From the sequence record OM339718.1: a DNA stretch of 64,000 nucleotides, one strand, 5' to 3'. The notes beneath the pieces are model-generated. The model did not search any database and was not told the origin of the DNA. It saw only the letters and a list, made by a program, of their open reading frames with translations. The translations under genes were made by a program, and so were the position numbers. Shown one piece after another: positions 56,301 through 63,446 of this stretch (the stretch's first letter is position 1; the number at the start of each line of letters is the position of its first letter).

Positions 56301-57331
56301 AAAACCAGATAATACAAGTTAGCACAACAGTAACAGAATTACAAAACCAATTGAGTGCAAGAACTGCAATGTTTGTAAGTGGTGCAGATGGTACTAGGGT
56401 ATTTGGGCTTGGAGCACAAGAATCTTCTGGTATAAACCCATACATATATGTAAGAAGATCTGGAGACACTGCAAACATACGTGTAATGACGTTTAATGAT
56501 GGCGAGATTATTGCTAACCAAGACAGAATTGCCGCACCATCTTTCCGGGTTATCAATAATGCTGGTCTGATATTCACCCCGTTCGAAAACAAACAAGGTT
56601 TGTCTTGGGGGATGGGTATGGATCTATCTAATGGTAACCTTGGTATCCATCGTTATCAAGATGGTGTATGGAATCTCCAACCATTTATGATAGGTTCGAA
56701 CGGTGTGGTTACTATGAGTACGGGTTTCAACACAGCCAGCGGAACAATGTCTGGTTCCCTAAGTGTTAATGGAAACATTGAGGTTGGTGGATCTGTAGGT
56801 ATTAATAGTGGTTATGCCTCTATCATTAGCAATAGTAATAACAGACTGGAATTTCATCGTCCCGGATTTTGGGCAACAATGATTTACATGAACACAGACG
56901 GTCAACTTCGATTTACATCAAGTAATGGTGCCGGTGGTGAAACTAAACTCAGAATGTCTATTGATAACAATGGTAATACCGGAATAGCAGGTTCTGTTAA
57001 CGCTAATGGTGGTGTTCACGACGTAGGTCAACGAGTTTATTCACCAAGTAACCCAATTCCAGATGGTGTAATACTGAGATCAGTCGTCAATGGCGGCGGC
57101 AATATGGATATTGGTTCATATGCGATGGTCACAGTCAAATCCAACCTTGGTCCACAAGGTCCGGGGACTGTTCTCCAAGGTACTCAGATTGCATTCTCGA
57201 ACGCGGAAGGTACTAATATGGTTGCTTGTAACTATGGTACATGGCGTCTGATGGGTGTTTCAAGAGCAAATTCCCAAAACGGCGACGGTTGGGGTTCTTG
57301 GAACGTAACATTGGCACAGAGGATAACTTAA
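53387..57331 (+). CDS. long distal tail fibre protein (T4 gp36-like N-terminus, repeated knob/shaft modules)
   Basis: MADLKSSSTAGG.+W.Q.N+P ~ T4 gp36; repeats YHTGNKP.A.D, LSGG..TG; three D.N.....G.Y...W..W knob-like units. Confidence 0.9.
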   Translation: MADLKSSSTAGGGLVWTQTNLPFSPQDVKLFYNGNEVIDSVSNQSIGGDKTFTGTLTYKTPVNSNEVAIKGYVDNLDSTSVKSVTGTLPIVVTTGVSPRVSINNATQSAHGAMSKEDKTKLDGLPVRAVNRDGDTMTGNLMVNGQVEANRIKSNGQVEVYDSATNTYAQRLVASGSLLYFQGGKVDRDVTDQRIAFSGWYGTPLTQVRFNMAAGVNPQVSYGNTNYDIFHKGNLPSAEEVKAMAVYDRPPEDDCDKAIMPGNYGVFANTKNTPLGTGPSGSTLLVTKWGNGANAQIFFSYTENRVWVRRQYVSVWQPWAEMYTSLNKQPVGGMGLGVGDSPNAITVTGGVRDFNLIKTTGVFTVDGNWSNGVDNTPTATSHNGVVEVKQRFYDNFTIQKFSNWVTVGGFVEPREFTRVWINAVEGWQPWIPTGLWEQVNTYRTGILRHNNSTNDDSVYPYVSYTKEKYRDGVAVGIPYTIGEIGFRAGSTNRYDPHTGDQLSRIIGQATNTSTSGEYEGTLFLASRYRRGSDGSTADTSTLRISRDVGAEFTHAGKKVQIENGNVNAEKFIATTSGYALQYSGNVSQGIYLDNRTIIGGGSSGVVIRPNGSGTPTGETVFNTTGTISNNQAPTVSNHLTNKAYVDGVALGGFSSIITLRDTDNLNDIKTAGIYSQVANAKALTSLNYPVEKAGNLIVTTSAGVIQKYWVYNSSEVWSRAQYNTGAWKPWYRDYNEEFKPTSADVGALSLTGGTVTGDVRFNSGNTTRLTLGSGSDYYVERSPSGLTLASGTVNPKVKVNNTDYDIYHTGNKPSAADVGTLTTAQINTELNKKLNLSGGIMTGAIRWDATDEYINAASNNIYLAAKTGTVYLESKNNPMVRIGSNDYTIYHTGNKPAAGDFNAYTKTETDNLLNTKLNLSGGTLTGAVTTATIKNAVMINNGASISFQDGSNARFHILAEGNTFKLKHGNSGENQIIQVSTTVTELQNQLSARTAMFVSGADGTRVFGLGAQESSGINPYIYVRRSGDTANIRVMTFNDGEIIANQDRIAAPSFRVINNAGLIFTPFENKQGLSWGMGMDLSNGNLGIHRYQDGVWNLQPFMIGSNGVVTMSTGFNTASGTMSGSLSVNGNIEVGGSVGINSGYASIISNSNNRLEFHRPGFWATMIYMNTDGQLRFTSSNGAGGETKLRMSIDNNGNTGIAGSVNANGGVHDVGQRVYSPSNPIPDGVILRSVVNGGGNMDIGSYAMVTVKSNLGPQGPGTVLQGTQIAFSNAEGTNMVACNYGTWRLMGVSRANSQNGDGWGSWNVTLAQRIT

Positions 57332-57337
57332 TAATTT

Positions 57338-57355
57338 GGACTCCTTCGGGAGTCC
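57338..57355 (+). terminator. C(UUCG)G hairpin after tail fibre
   Basis: GGACTCC-TTCG-GGAGTCC; weak U tract. Confidence 0.7.
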
Positions 57356-57377
57356 ATAATTTTAGAGAGAATATTAT

Positions 57378-57878
57378 ATGTTAGAAAAAATGCTTAAATT
57401 CGACGAGGGTTCGAAGCTTACTGTTTATTGGGATACCGAAGGATATCCGACTATCGGTATTGGTCATTTAATAAAGAAACTTCGTACGAAAGATATGGGG
57501 GAAATTAACCGTGAGTTAAGTTCCCATGTTGGGAGGGTTATTACCGACGGTAAGATTACTCAATCAGAAGAAAGTCAACTTTTTGCTAAAGATCTTGAGG
57601 TAGTTAGAAATTCTATGAAAGGGTATGTCGATTTATGGTCTACATATGTTGGATTAGATGAAGTCAGAAAAACCGCATTGGAAAATATGGTTTTTCAGAT
57701 GGGGGCTAAAGGTGTAAATGGTTTCCCATCAATGCTTCGCGCTATGCGCTCCAAGAACTGGGTAGAAGCCAAGAAACATGGGCTTGCTAGTGCTTGGGCG
57801 AGACAAACGCCAAATCGCGCTAAGAGAGTTACAGACGTTATTGAGACTGGTACTTACAAAGGTTATCCATTCGCATAA
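57378..57878 (+). CDS. T4-type lysozyme (GH24), probable endolysin
   Basis: FDEG...YWDTEGYPTIGIGHL catalytic E/D/T; NMVFQMG; S.W.RQTPNRAKRV. Confidence 0.92.
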   Translation: MLEKMLKFDEGSKLTVYWDTEGYPTIGIGHLIKKLRTKDMGEINRELSSHVGRVITDGKITQSEESQLFAKDLEVVRNSMKGYVDLWSTYVGLDEVRKTALENMVFQMGAKGVNGFPSMLRAMRSKNWVEAKKHGLASAWARQTPNRAKRVTDVIETGTYKGYPFA

Positions 57879-57881
57879 AAC

Positions 57882-57910
57882 AAAAGGGATCCCATATCGG
57901 GATCCCTTTT
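57882..57910. terminator. bidirectional terminator between convergent lysozyme and tk
   Basis: AAAAGGGATCCC-atatc-GGGATCCCTTTT. Confidence 0.9.
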
Positions 57911-58485
57911 TATTTTCCACTCATACCAGCAACCCAGTGTTTACGACAAACAGAAATATATCTATCGTTTCCACCAATACAAACCTGATCACCAATAACT
58001 TTTTTACCGTTCTCATCAACACGAAGGTTCATTGTTGCTTTAGAACCACACCAACAAATTGTTTTATGTTCCACAATTTGTTCAGCCATAACCACAAGTT
58101 GACGACTTGCATCAAACATCTCTCCATTGGAGTCAGACATAAGACCATAACACATAACAGGAACATCGTAGTTATCAACAATAAAAGCCAGTTGCTTTAC
58201 TTGTTCGACCGTCATAAATTGGGCTTCATCGATAAGAATACAATCTATTTTCTTTCCGATCTTATAACTCAAATAAAGATCAGTTAAATTCTCCTTATCA
58301 GAAAACATAATTGATGGACGAGAAACCCCCAATCGTGAAGAAACCATTTCCCCATCACGAGTATCAATGCAAGGTTTTAAAACTAAAACTCCCATTCCTC
58401 GTTCTTCATAATTATAAGCAACTTGCAATAAATGAGAACTCTTTCCCGCATTCATTGCGGAATGATGGAAATGCAAACTAGACAT
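57910..58485 (-). CDS. tk: thymidine kinase
   Basis: AMNAGKSS, ILIDEAQF, CYGL.SD, IC.CG..AT.NLR, YISVCRKH. Confidence 0.95.
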   Translation of the reverse strand: MSSLHFHHSAMNAGKSSHLLQVAYNYEERGMGVLVLKPCIDTRDGEMVSSRLGVSRPSIMFSDKENLTDLYLSYKIGKKIDCILIDEAQFMTVEQVKQLAFIVDNYDVPVMCYGLMSDSNGEMFDASRQLVVMAEQIVEHKTICWCGSKATMNLRVDENGKKVIGDQVCIGGNDRYISVCRKHWVAGMSGK

Positions 58486-58493
58486 ATCATACC

Positions 58494-58910
58494 TCAGATA
58501 AAATCAGAAAACTTTTTACGACTCTCTTTGAGCCCTTTATAAAATGTTAATGGAAACTTATGAGCCGCAATCAATAGATCCACAATATCACAACGAACCC
58601 GATATATTTCAATCAGGTTATCACCATCATTGGCTAACAATGCACTATACCGATGGTGTCCGTCTAGAATGTAGTTATCATCAGAAACAACAATAGGTTT
58701 TGATAACACACTATATGGTGCACTTCTCATCTTTTCCACTTTTTCTTCATTATACTCTGATTGAGTCGGAAGTAAAGTCTTTACTTTAACCCTTTCCTTA
58801 ATAAACCCAACCCCGTTTGTTGTACACCAATCCAAAAATCCGGGGACGTTCTCGGCGGCGATTTGAGGCATATTTTGTCTATCTATACCTTTACTGTGTT
58901 TGTATTTCAT
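58494..58910 (-). CDS. ParB/Srx-like domain protein
   Basis: LLPTQ...KPIVVS.DNYILDGHHRY.A; CTAAATA upstream (58933-58939). Confidence 0.75.
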   Translation of the reverse strand: MKYKHSKGIDRQNMPQIAAENVPGFLDWCTTNGVGFIKERVKVKTLLPTQSEYNEEKVEKMRSAPYSVLSKPIVVSDDNYILDGHHRYSALLANDGDNLIEIYRVRCDIVDLLIAAHKFPLTFYKGLKESRKKFSDFI

Positions 58911-58952
58911 TTCAACTCTCCTTAATATAACATATTTAGAGATTAAGAAATG

Positions 58953-58976
58953 AAAAAGAGCCCGAAGGCTCTTTTT
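58953..58976 (-). terminator. C(UUCG)G terminator after hoc-like gene
   Basis: On - strand AAAAAGAGCC-TTCG-GGCTCTTTTT. Confidence 0.85.
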
Positions 58977-59742
58977 ATTTTAAGTCACTAACCTTTAGAA
59001 TCCGACCATTTCTGGATTCTTGAAGTTCAACTTCTCCATATTCATCAAACGCTTTAACTATGGTTTCTATTTCGTCTTTATATTTCAGAGAACTATAGTC
59101 TGTAAACCAAGATGGATTTTTCTTTATTTCGTCAATAACCCAGTACCCAATCCAAGTAAAGCTAGTTCCTCTATACTCAAGAGGGATAACTTTCCATAAA
59201 GACTCAAGAACCTTCGTAATAACGGTTAGGTCAACCATTCTAGTCGAAATCATTTGCCCAGAAGTAGTTTTATCCATAAGAGTCGTTTCGACCAGATAAT
59301 TACCAGAGTCCGCAACAACGACGTTGCTTTTTGTTAATACCGCAGAAGTTGCACCGGATACGTTAATGGGTCCTTTCTTCCATTGATATTTGATCGTAAA
59401 ATCAGACTTGTTATCACCAGCGGTATCAGGGGTAAATTTAACGACTGCTGTCATAGTAGACGAAAAACTATCACCTTCCTCAAGGGTAATGGTCTGTAGT
59501 GGTTGTGGTGTAAGTTCCAATTCAGCCATACCGATTTCAAAAACAGTGTCTGTGTCGGTAGTATCTACCGTTGCAGTTACTGTATAAGTGGCAACATCAG
59601 AAGCACCGAAAGAACTAAGAATAAGGTCTTTTTCTGTTTTACCGGAAATGACAGTAGATCCCTTTTTCCACACATAGGTTGCACCTTCTGTGGTAATTTC
59701 TGAACTCAAGGTGACAGACGAACCTTTAGAATAAAATTTCAT
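58975..59742 (-). CDS. hoc: Hoc-like head decoration protein (two Ig-like domains + Hoc C-terminal domain)
   Basis: Y.WKKG/YQWKKG Ig motifs; PL..R.TSF.WIG+WV.DEI and QESRNG as in T4 Hoc; CTAAATA upstream (59784-59790). Confidence 0.8.
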   Translation of the reverse strand: MKFYSKGSSVTLSSEITTEGATYVWKKGSTVISGKTEKDLILSSFGASDVATYTVTATVDTTDTDTVFEIGMAELELTPQPLQTITLEEGDSFSSTMTAVVKFTPDTAGDNKSDFTIKYQWKKGPINVSGATSAVLTKSNVVVADSGNYLVETTLMDKTTSGQMISTRMVDLTVITKVLESLWKVIPLEYRGTSFTWIGYWVIDEIKKNPSWFTDYSSLKYKDEIETIVKAFDEYGEVELQESRNGRILKVSDLK

Positions 59743-59795
59743 TTATAATACCTCAAAACGATAAAGGGGCATTATGCCCCTTTTATTTAGTACCT

Positions 59796-60647
59796 TTATT
59801 TCTTCATTACCATAGCCCATGTTTCTGGGTTTGGAATATAATCAGAAATCTTATTCACAATCTGTTTATCAAGTTCAGTTGCTTTCATCGGAGCTTTACC
59901 CTGTTGTTTAACTCTTATGTAGTTTGCTTCTTTAACATAAGAACCACCTTTACCAGATTTAACAATAGAAGAGTCAACACCAATTTTATTGAATGCAATA
60001 TACCAATCACCATCGGCATAACTCCGGGCACCTTCACCCATAGCCATTAGGTTTTTGAAGGTCATACTCGCACCCTCATGGGTTGCAACAAGAATTTCAA
60101 CCGGTACAGTACGGGAACGTTCGGCGTTTTGTTTCATAGCAACGTTGATATCATTCATCACCCACACGATATGAACGTTTTCCTTGTTATAACCTAGTTC
60201 ACGAACCTGTTTTGCAATTTGAGCCATCTTACCCATATCTTTAAGGGTAACGTCAAAGATCAAATTAGGTTTACGATCCTCTGGTGCAGCCAATACACCA
60301 TTAAAAACACGTTTATCCATGTTCTTGGTTGTCTTGTATACATCAGATAGAAGGCTATGCAGAGTAGAAACGTTTTCTGGCTTCTTCAAGTCAAACTTGG
60401 ATATATCGTGCCCGGTTTCTGCTTTAATGCGCCCTGCTAGCTTTGTGGAAGCCATAGCAAGCTCTTTTACACGGTCTACGTCTAGGGTAATACCTTCTAG
60501 ACCAACAAGTTTAGAAGTAACAAACCCCTTCCCAGATCCAGCCCCACCAGCCAAGATCAAGACGTTGTTAAACTTAGGGTATGCCTTCTTTCCGAATACC
60601 ATCAATTTTTCTTCCAATTGAACGAATTCACTAAATTTCATTTTCAT
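59796..60647 (-). CDS. P-loop NTPase/kinase-like protein with putative capsid-targeting N-terminus
   Basis: Walker A GGAGSGKG, LIFDVT; N-terminus MKFSEFVQLEE; CTAAATA at 60678-60684. Confidence 0.7.
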   Translation of the reverse strand: MKMKFSEFVQLEEKLMVFGKKAYPKFNNVLILAGGAGSGKGFVTSKLVGLEGITLDVDRVKELAMASTKLAGRIKAETGHDISKFDLKKPENVSTLHSLLSDVYKTTKNMDKRVFNGVLAAPEDRKPNLIFDVTLKDMGKMAQIAKQVRELGYNKENVHIVWVMNDINVAMKQNAERSRTVPVEILVATHEGASMTFKNLMAMGEGARSYADGDWYIAFNKIGVDSSIVKSGKGGSYVKEANYIRVKQQGKAPMKATELDKQIVNKISDYIPNPETWAMVMKK

Positions 60648-60680
60648 TTTTGTTTTCCTATAGGTTGGTTACCTTGGTAT

Positions 60681-60974
60681 TTAGGCATCTACCCAATAAG
60701 AAAACTCTTCAATAGTTTTAAAAACAATATTTTTCTTGTCTTTATACCGAGTAACTACAATACCAGATTCCATTATGCTGATAATATACTCACATACCAG
60801 TTCACATGGTTCATCAATAAAGCAAGCTTTAGTATAGAAAGATTTGATCTTGGTATAGTTACCCATATCAACAACTTCTACCTTTTCGTAAGCTTCTTCG
60901 CAGATTTCAATAACACGTTTTACATCGTACATCTTTATATTCCTTTTTATTCTTATAGTTTCTTCACTATACAC
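60681..60974 (-). CDS. hypothetical protein (start may be 60932)
   Basis: ORF track. Confidence 0.55.
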   Translation of the reverse strand: MYSEETIRIKRNIKMYDVKRVIEICEEAYEKVEVVDMGNYTKIKSFYTKACFIDEPCELVCEYIISIMESGIVVTRYKDKKNIVFKTIEEFSYWVDA

Positions 60975-61010
60975 AAACGAAAATCCCCCGTCAATAGACA
61001 GGGGATGTTT

Positions 61011-61388
61011 TTATTTGAAACGTTTTACCTTGTAGATCACCAACTTAATGAATTCCAACGAATCCTCAAGTGCGTTTAGGGTTCCTTTGAACTCTGGTTT
61101 TCCATCAAGTAACTCAGCCAACTCAGAACCGTTGTCGTAAAGTCCCTGTAACACACCCAGAGCGTCGTCTGACGCAACTTCAAAGTGATTGTATACCAAC
61201 TCGATGTCGTTAGCCAAGGCGCTCTCTGCAACCGAATCTAGGTAGTCATCTGGGAATTCCTTATAGAACTCATCAAGTGCCATATGGAGCGCATAATTGT
61301 TGGTTGTAAGATGGAGATAGTGGATCTTTGCAACCGTCTTTAATCCAAGAGTCACAAATCTAGATACTCTATCTGAGATTCGTTTCAT
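61011..61388 (-). CDS. ferritin-like (Dps-related) four-helix protein
   Basis: IHYLH.....YALHMALDEFY......DSVAE iron-ligand-like pattern. Confidence 0.65.
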   Translation of the reverse strand: MKRISDRVSRFVTLGLKTVAKIHYLHLTTNNYALHMALDEFYKEFPDDYLDSVAESALANDIELVYNHFEVASDDALGVLQGLYDNGSELAELLDGKPEFKGTLNALEDSLEFIKLVIYKVKRFK

Positions 61389-61408
61389 ATCATATTTATA
61401 AGCTATTT

Positions 61409-61963
61409 TCATTGCATTCCTAATTTAACGATTAATGATTCCATCCTGAATGCGGCATAACTAATTAGACCGTATGTGGTATTTATTTGTTTACCACCAT
61501 CCAAGTGATATGAACAACTACTACGATTAGTGAATTGTCTCTGACCATTGGTACATGTGAAATAAGGTTCATCAATAATGATCATACTATATTTTTCAAT
61601 CCTACTTCCATGAATAACATGATTGTATGTACCACGAGAATAAAACCTATTAACAAAGTCGCTAATTGACAACACTTGGTCTTTTAAATGTGGTGCCACC
61701 GACAATATAGATCTGATAGTAGGATGGTTGTGAACAACATACAAAGCGTCTTTATGTTCTTCTAACAACATAATAGCAGCAGATGTTTTTCCTGTTTGTC
61801 TTCCCATATCCAAGCATATAGTCCCCAACTCTTGTTGGAATGCATCAGGAGATATCATCAATCGACTCCTGTCTAGATATTCGGAACTTTTAAATAATTT
61901 TAATTTTTTGTTTACCATACTAACATATTCGTCTCTAAAGAAACTGTTTGGCGATATCATCAT
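61409..61963 (-). CDS. P-loop-containing protein of T4-like phages
   Basis: GRQTGKT Walker A, IIIDEP Walker B, ends GMQ. Confidence 0.65.
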   Translation of the reverse strand: MMISPNSFFRDEYVSMVNKKLKLFKSSEYLDRSRLMISPDAFQQELGTICLDMGRQTGKTSAAIMLLEEHKDALYVVHNHPTIRSILSVAPHLKDQVLSISDFVNRFYSRGTYNHVIHGSRIEKYSMIIIDEPYFTCTNGQRQFTNRSSCSYHLDGGKQINTTYGLISYAAFRMESLIVKLGMQ

Positions 61964-61991
61964 ATCTGTTTTACCTTCTTATTAGTTTATT

Positions 61992-62201
61992 TTAATAAGC
62001 CATCGCGAACATACGACGCTGTTTTGCTCGAAGGTCTTCACCTTCTTTCTCTTTCAACAGTTCATCCGGCTTTGCATCCAGACTAACCTGTTTGGCTTCT
62101 ACGTTTTCCCACAGTTTGGAGTTATACCATTTTTCATTACCACCATTGGCACCACCACGACCCTCACGGGCATGACTTTTCTCATGAATATTCTTAGCCA
62201 T
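61992..62201 (-). CDS. hypothetical late protein
   Basis: AGGAG SD; CTAAATA at 62231-62237. Confidence 0.65.
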   Translation of the reverse strand: MAKNIHEKSHAREGRGGANGGNEKWYNSKLWENVEAKQVSLDAKPDELLKEKEGEDLRAKQRRMFAMAY

Positions 62202-62240
62202 TTAAAACTCTCCTATAGTTGATATGAACATATTTAGGGA

Positions 62241-62426
62241 TTAAAGACTACGAATAATCGACATAGCAATCAAAACGGGCCAAATTGCTGATACAGAAAG
62301 ATAATCCATAACTTCTTTAAAAGTAGGGGTCCTATCCTCTTCTCGGTCTTGATGATCGGTAATCACAAATGCGGTAATGAATACCAGAACACCAATCAAA
62401 TACACAATAAAAATTCCAGTCAACAT
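62241..62426 (-). CDS. small two-TM membrane protein
   Basis: Two hydrophobic segments; GGAG SD. Confidence 0.65.
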   Translation of the reverse strand: MLTGIFIVYLIGVLVFITAFVITDHQDREEDRTPTFKEVMDYLSVSAIWPVLIAMSIIRSL

Positions 62427-62441
62427 ATCAAATTCTCCGTT

Positions 62442-62690
62442 AATAAAAAGAAAAACGGGGACTATATCAAGCCAGTCAAAGCAAGATAAAGTCCCCGTTG
62501 CCGAACGTTGTCTTTGGTGTCAGACAACAACCTTGTGATAGTGGTAGGTCACACCACCCTCTTTAAAACGGGGACCATAATCGAGGCAATATGGTCTCTT
62601 TTCGTCTAGTGACAATACAGGGTATCACCTTTACCCTTGACTCGTATTGTTTGACGCCGCTGCGCCACTCTTGGGGCGCGTACACTTTAA
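62442..62690 (-). ncRNA. candidate structured non-coding RNA or leader ending in an intrinsic terminator
   Basis: Six consecutive stem-loops, GC-richer than flanks, no credible ORF; final stem + U tract. Confidence 0.5.
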
Positions 62691-62694
62691 AATC

Positions 62695-62946
62695 TTAACT
62701 ATATTGATAACCGGCGTTAGCCTTTTTCATTTCGTAATCATCATCAACAAAAACATCGTGATTACCGTGCATGATATCATGTTTCAATTTACGATCTCGC
62801 TGACGACTCAATGTATTATAACGATCTTTGACACCCGATTCTGGATAACTAGGATATTTATCTCCCAGATCCCGATTCACTTTAAGTTCATCACCATACC
62901 AACTGTCCAGATGTTTTTCATTTTTACGACGAAATGTCTTACCCAT
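62695..62946 (-). CDS. basic hypothetical protein, MGKT.RRK family of T4-like phages
   Basis: MGKTFRRK...R.LK......DD......KK.N..Y.YS. Confidence 0.7.
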   Translation of the reverse strand: MGKTFRRKNEKHLDSWYGDELKVNRDLGDKYPSYPESGVKDRYNTLSRQRDRKLKHDIMHGNHDVFVDDDYEMKKANAGYQYS

Positions 62947-62956
62947 ATATCATTCC

Positions 62957-63301
62957 TTACAGGCTTTCTATGTATTTAATCACACGGTTTAGTATTTCAT
63001 TTGAATCATTTATCTCAATATCATCAAATGCATACTTTATCTTTTTTATTACAGTTTCTTTCTTCCATCCGATCTTGAAAGCATCATTAACGAAAGAAAC
63101 CCAATCAATAATATAACCGGAATTATAAAATTTCTCTATCAGAATATCCAACGGAATACCATTTGTTTCAAACTGATAAAATATATTACATAAAACCGGA
63201 ATACCACTATTGGTATAACCATTTACAAAAACACTATTTTTACCTTTACGTCCTAACGGCTTGCGTTTAGCGGTGACATATACAACCTCTCTTTTTAAGT
63301 T
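62957..63301 (-). CDS. AlaRS-fragment-like phage protein; frame open 50 codons upstream of the first start codon (possible frameshift or pseudogene)
   Basis: F..FET.G.PLD...ID W..F..DA...GWK motif; no in-frame ATG/GTG/TTG between 63301 and 63152. Confidence 0.5.
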   Translation of the reverse strand, partial: NLKREVVYVTAKRKPLGRKGKNSVFVNGYTNSGIPVLCNIFYQFETNGIPLDILIEKFYNSGYIIDWVSFVNDAFKIGWKKETVIKKIKYAFDDIEINDSNEILNRVIKYIESL

Positions 63302-63309
63302 TTAGCTTC

Positions 63310-63364
63310 ATGTGCGGCTGCAAAGCAGGTCGAACCACCAAGGCACATACTTGTTTCGTGGTTC
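63310..63364 (-). other. predicted RNA pseudoknot immediately 3' of tRNA-Trp
   Basis: GAACCAC/GUGGUUC + CAAG/CUUG stem; loop AUGUGC pairs with downstream GCACAU; inserted CUGC/GCAG hairpin. Confidence 0.55.
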
Positions 63365-63371
63365 CGTAAAT

Positions 63372-63446
63372 TGGCAGGGCGTTGAGGATTCGAACCCCAG
63401 TCGCACGGATTTGGAATCCGGCATAATACCACTATACTAACACCCT
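63372..63446 (-). tRNA. trnW: tRNA-Trp (CCA)
   Basis: Cloverleaf; anticodon loop UU-CCA-AA; GGGG-UUCGAAU T arm; encoded 3' CCA. Confidence 0.92.

Noticed and set aside
47963-57910. Identical GGGATCCC terminator stems at 47963 and 57882 as a mobile repeat
   Set aside because: Short self-complementary stems with different loops; adequately explained as terminators
57729-63116. + strand ORFs such as 57778-58287, 60618-61079 and 62647-62979
   Set aside because: Antisense to well-supported - strand genes (tk etc.) or overlapping the structured RNA
63310-63371. HDV-like (theta) ribozyme at the tRNA 3' end
   Set aside because: Strand order differs from HDV (would-be P2 lies inside the inner hairpin loop), there is no G1 right after the tRNA, and no L3 UCCNCG or J4/2 consensus
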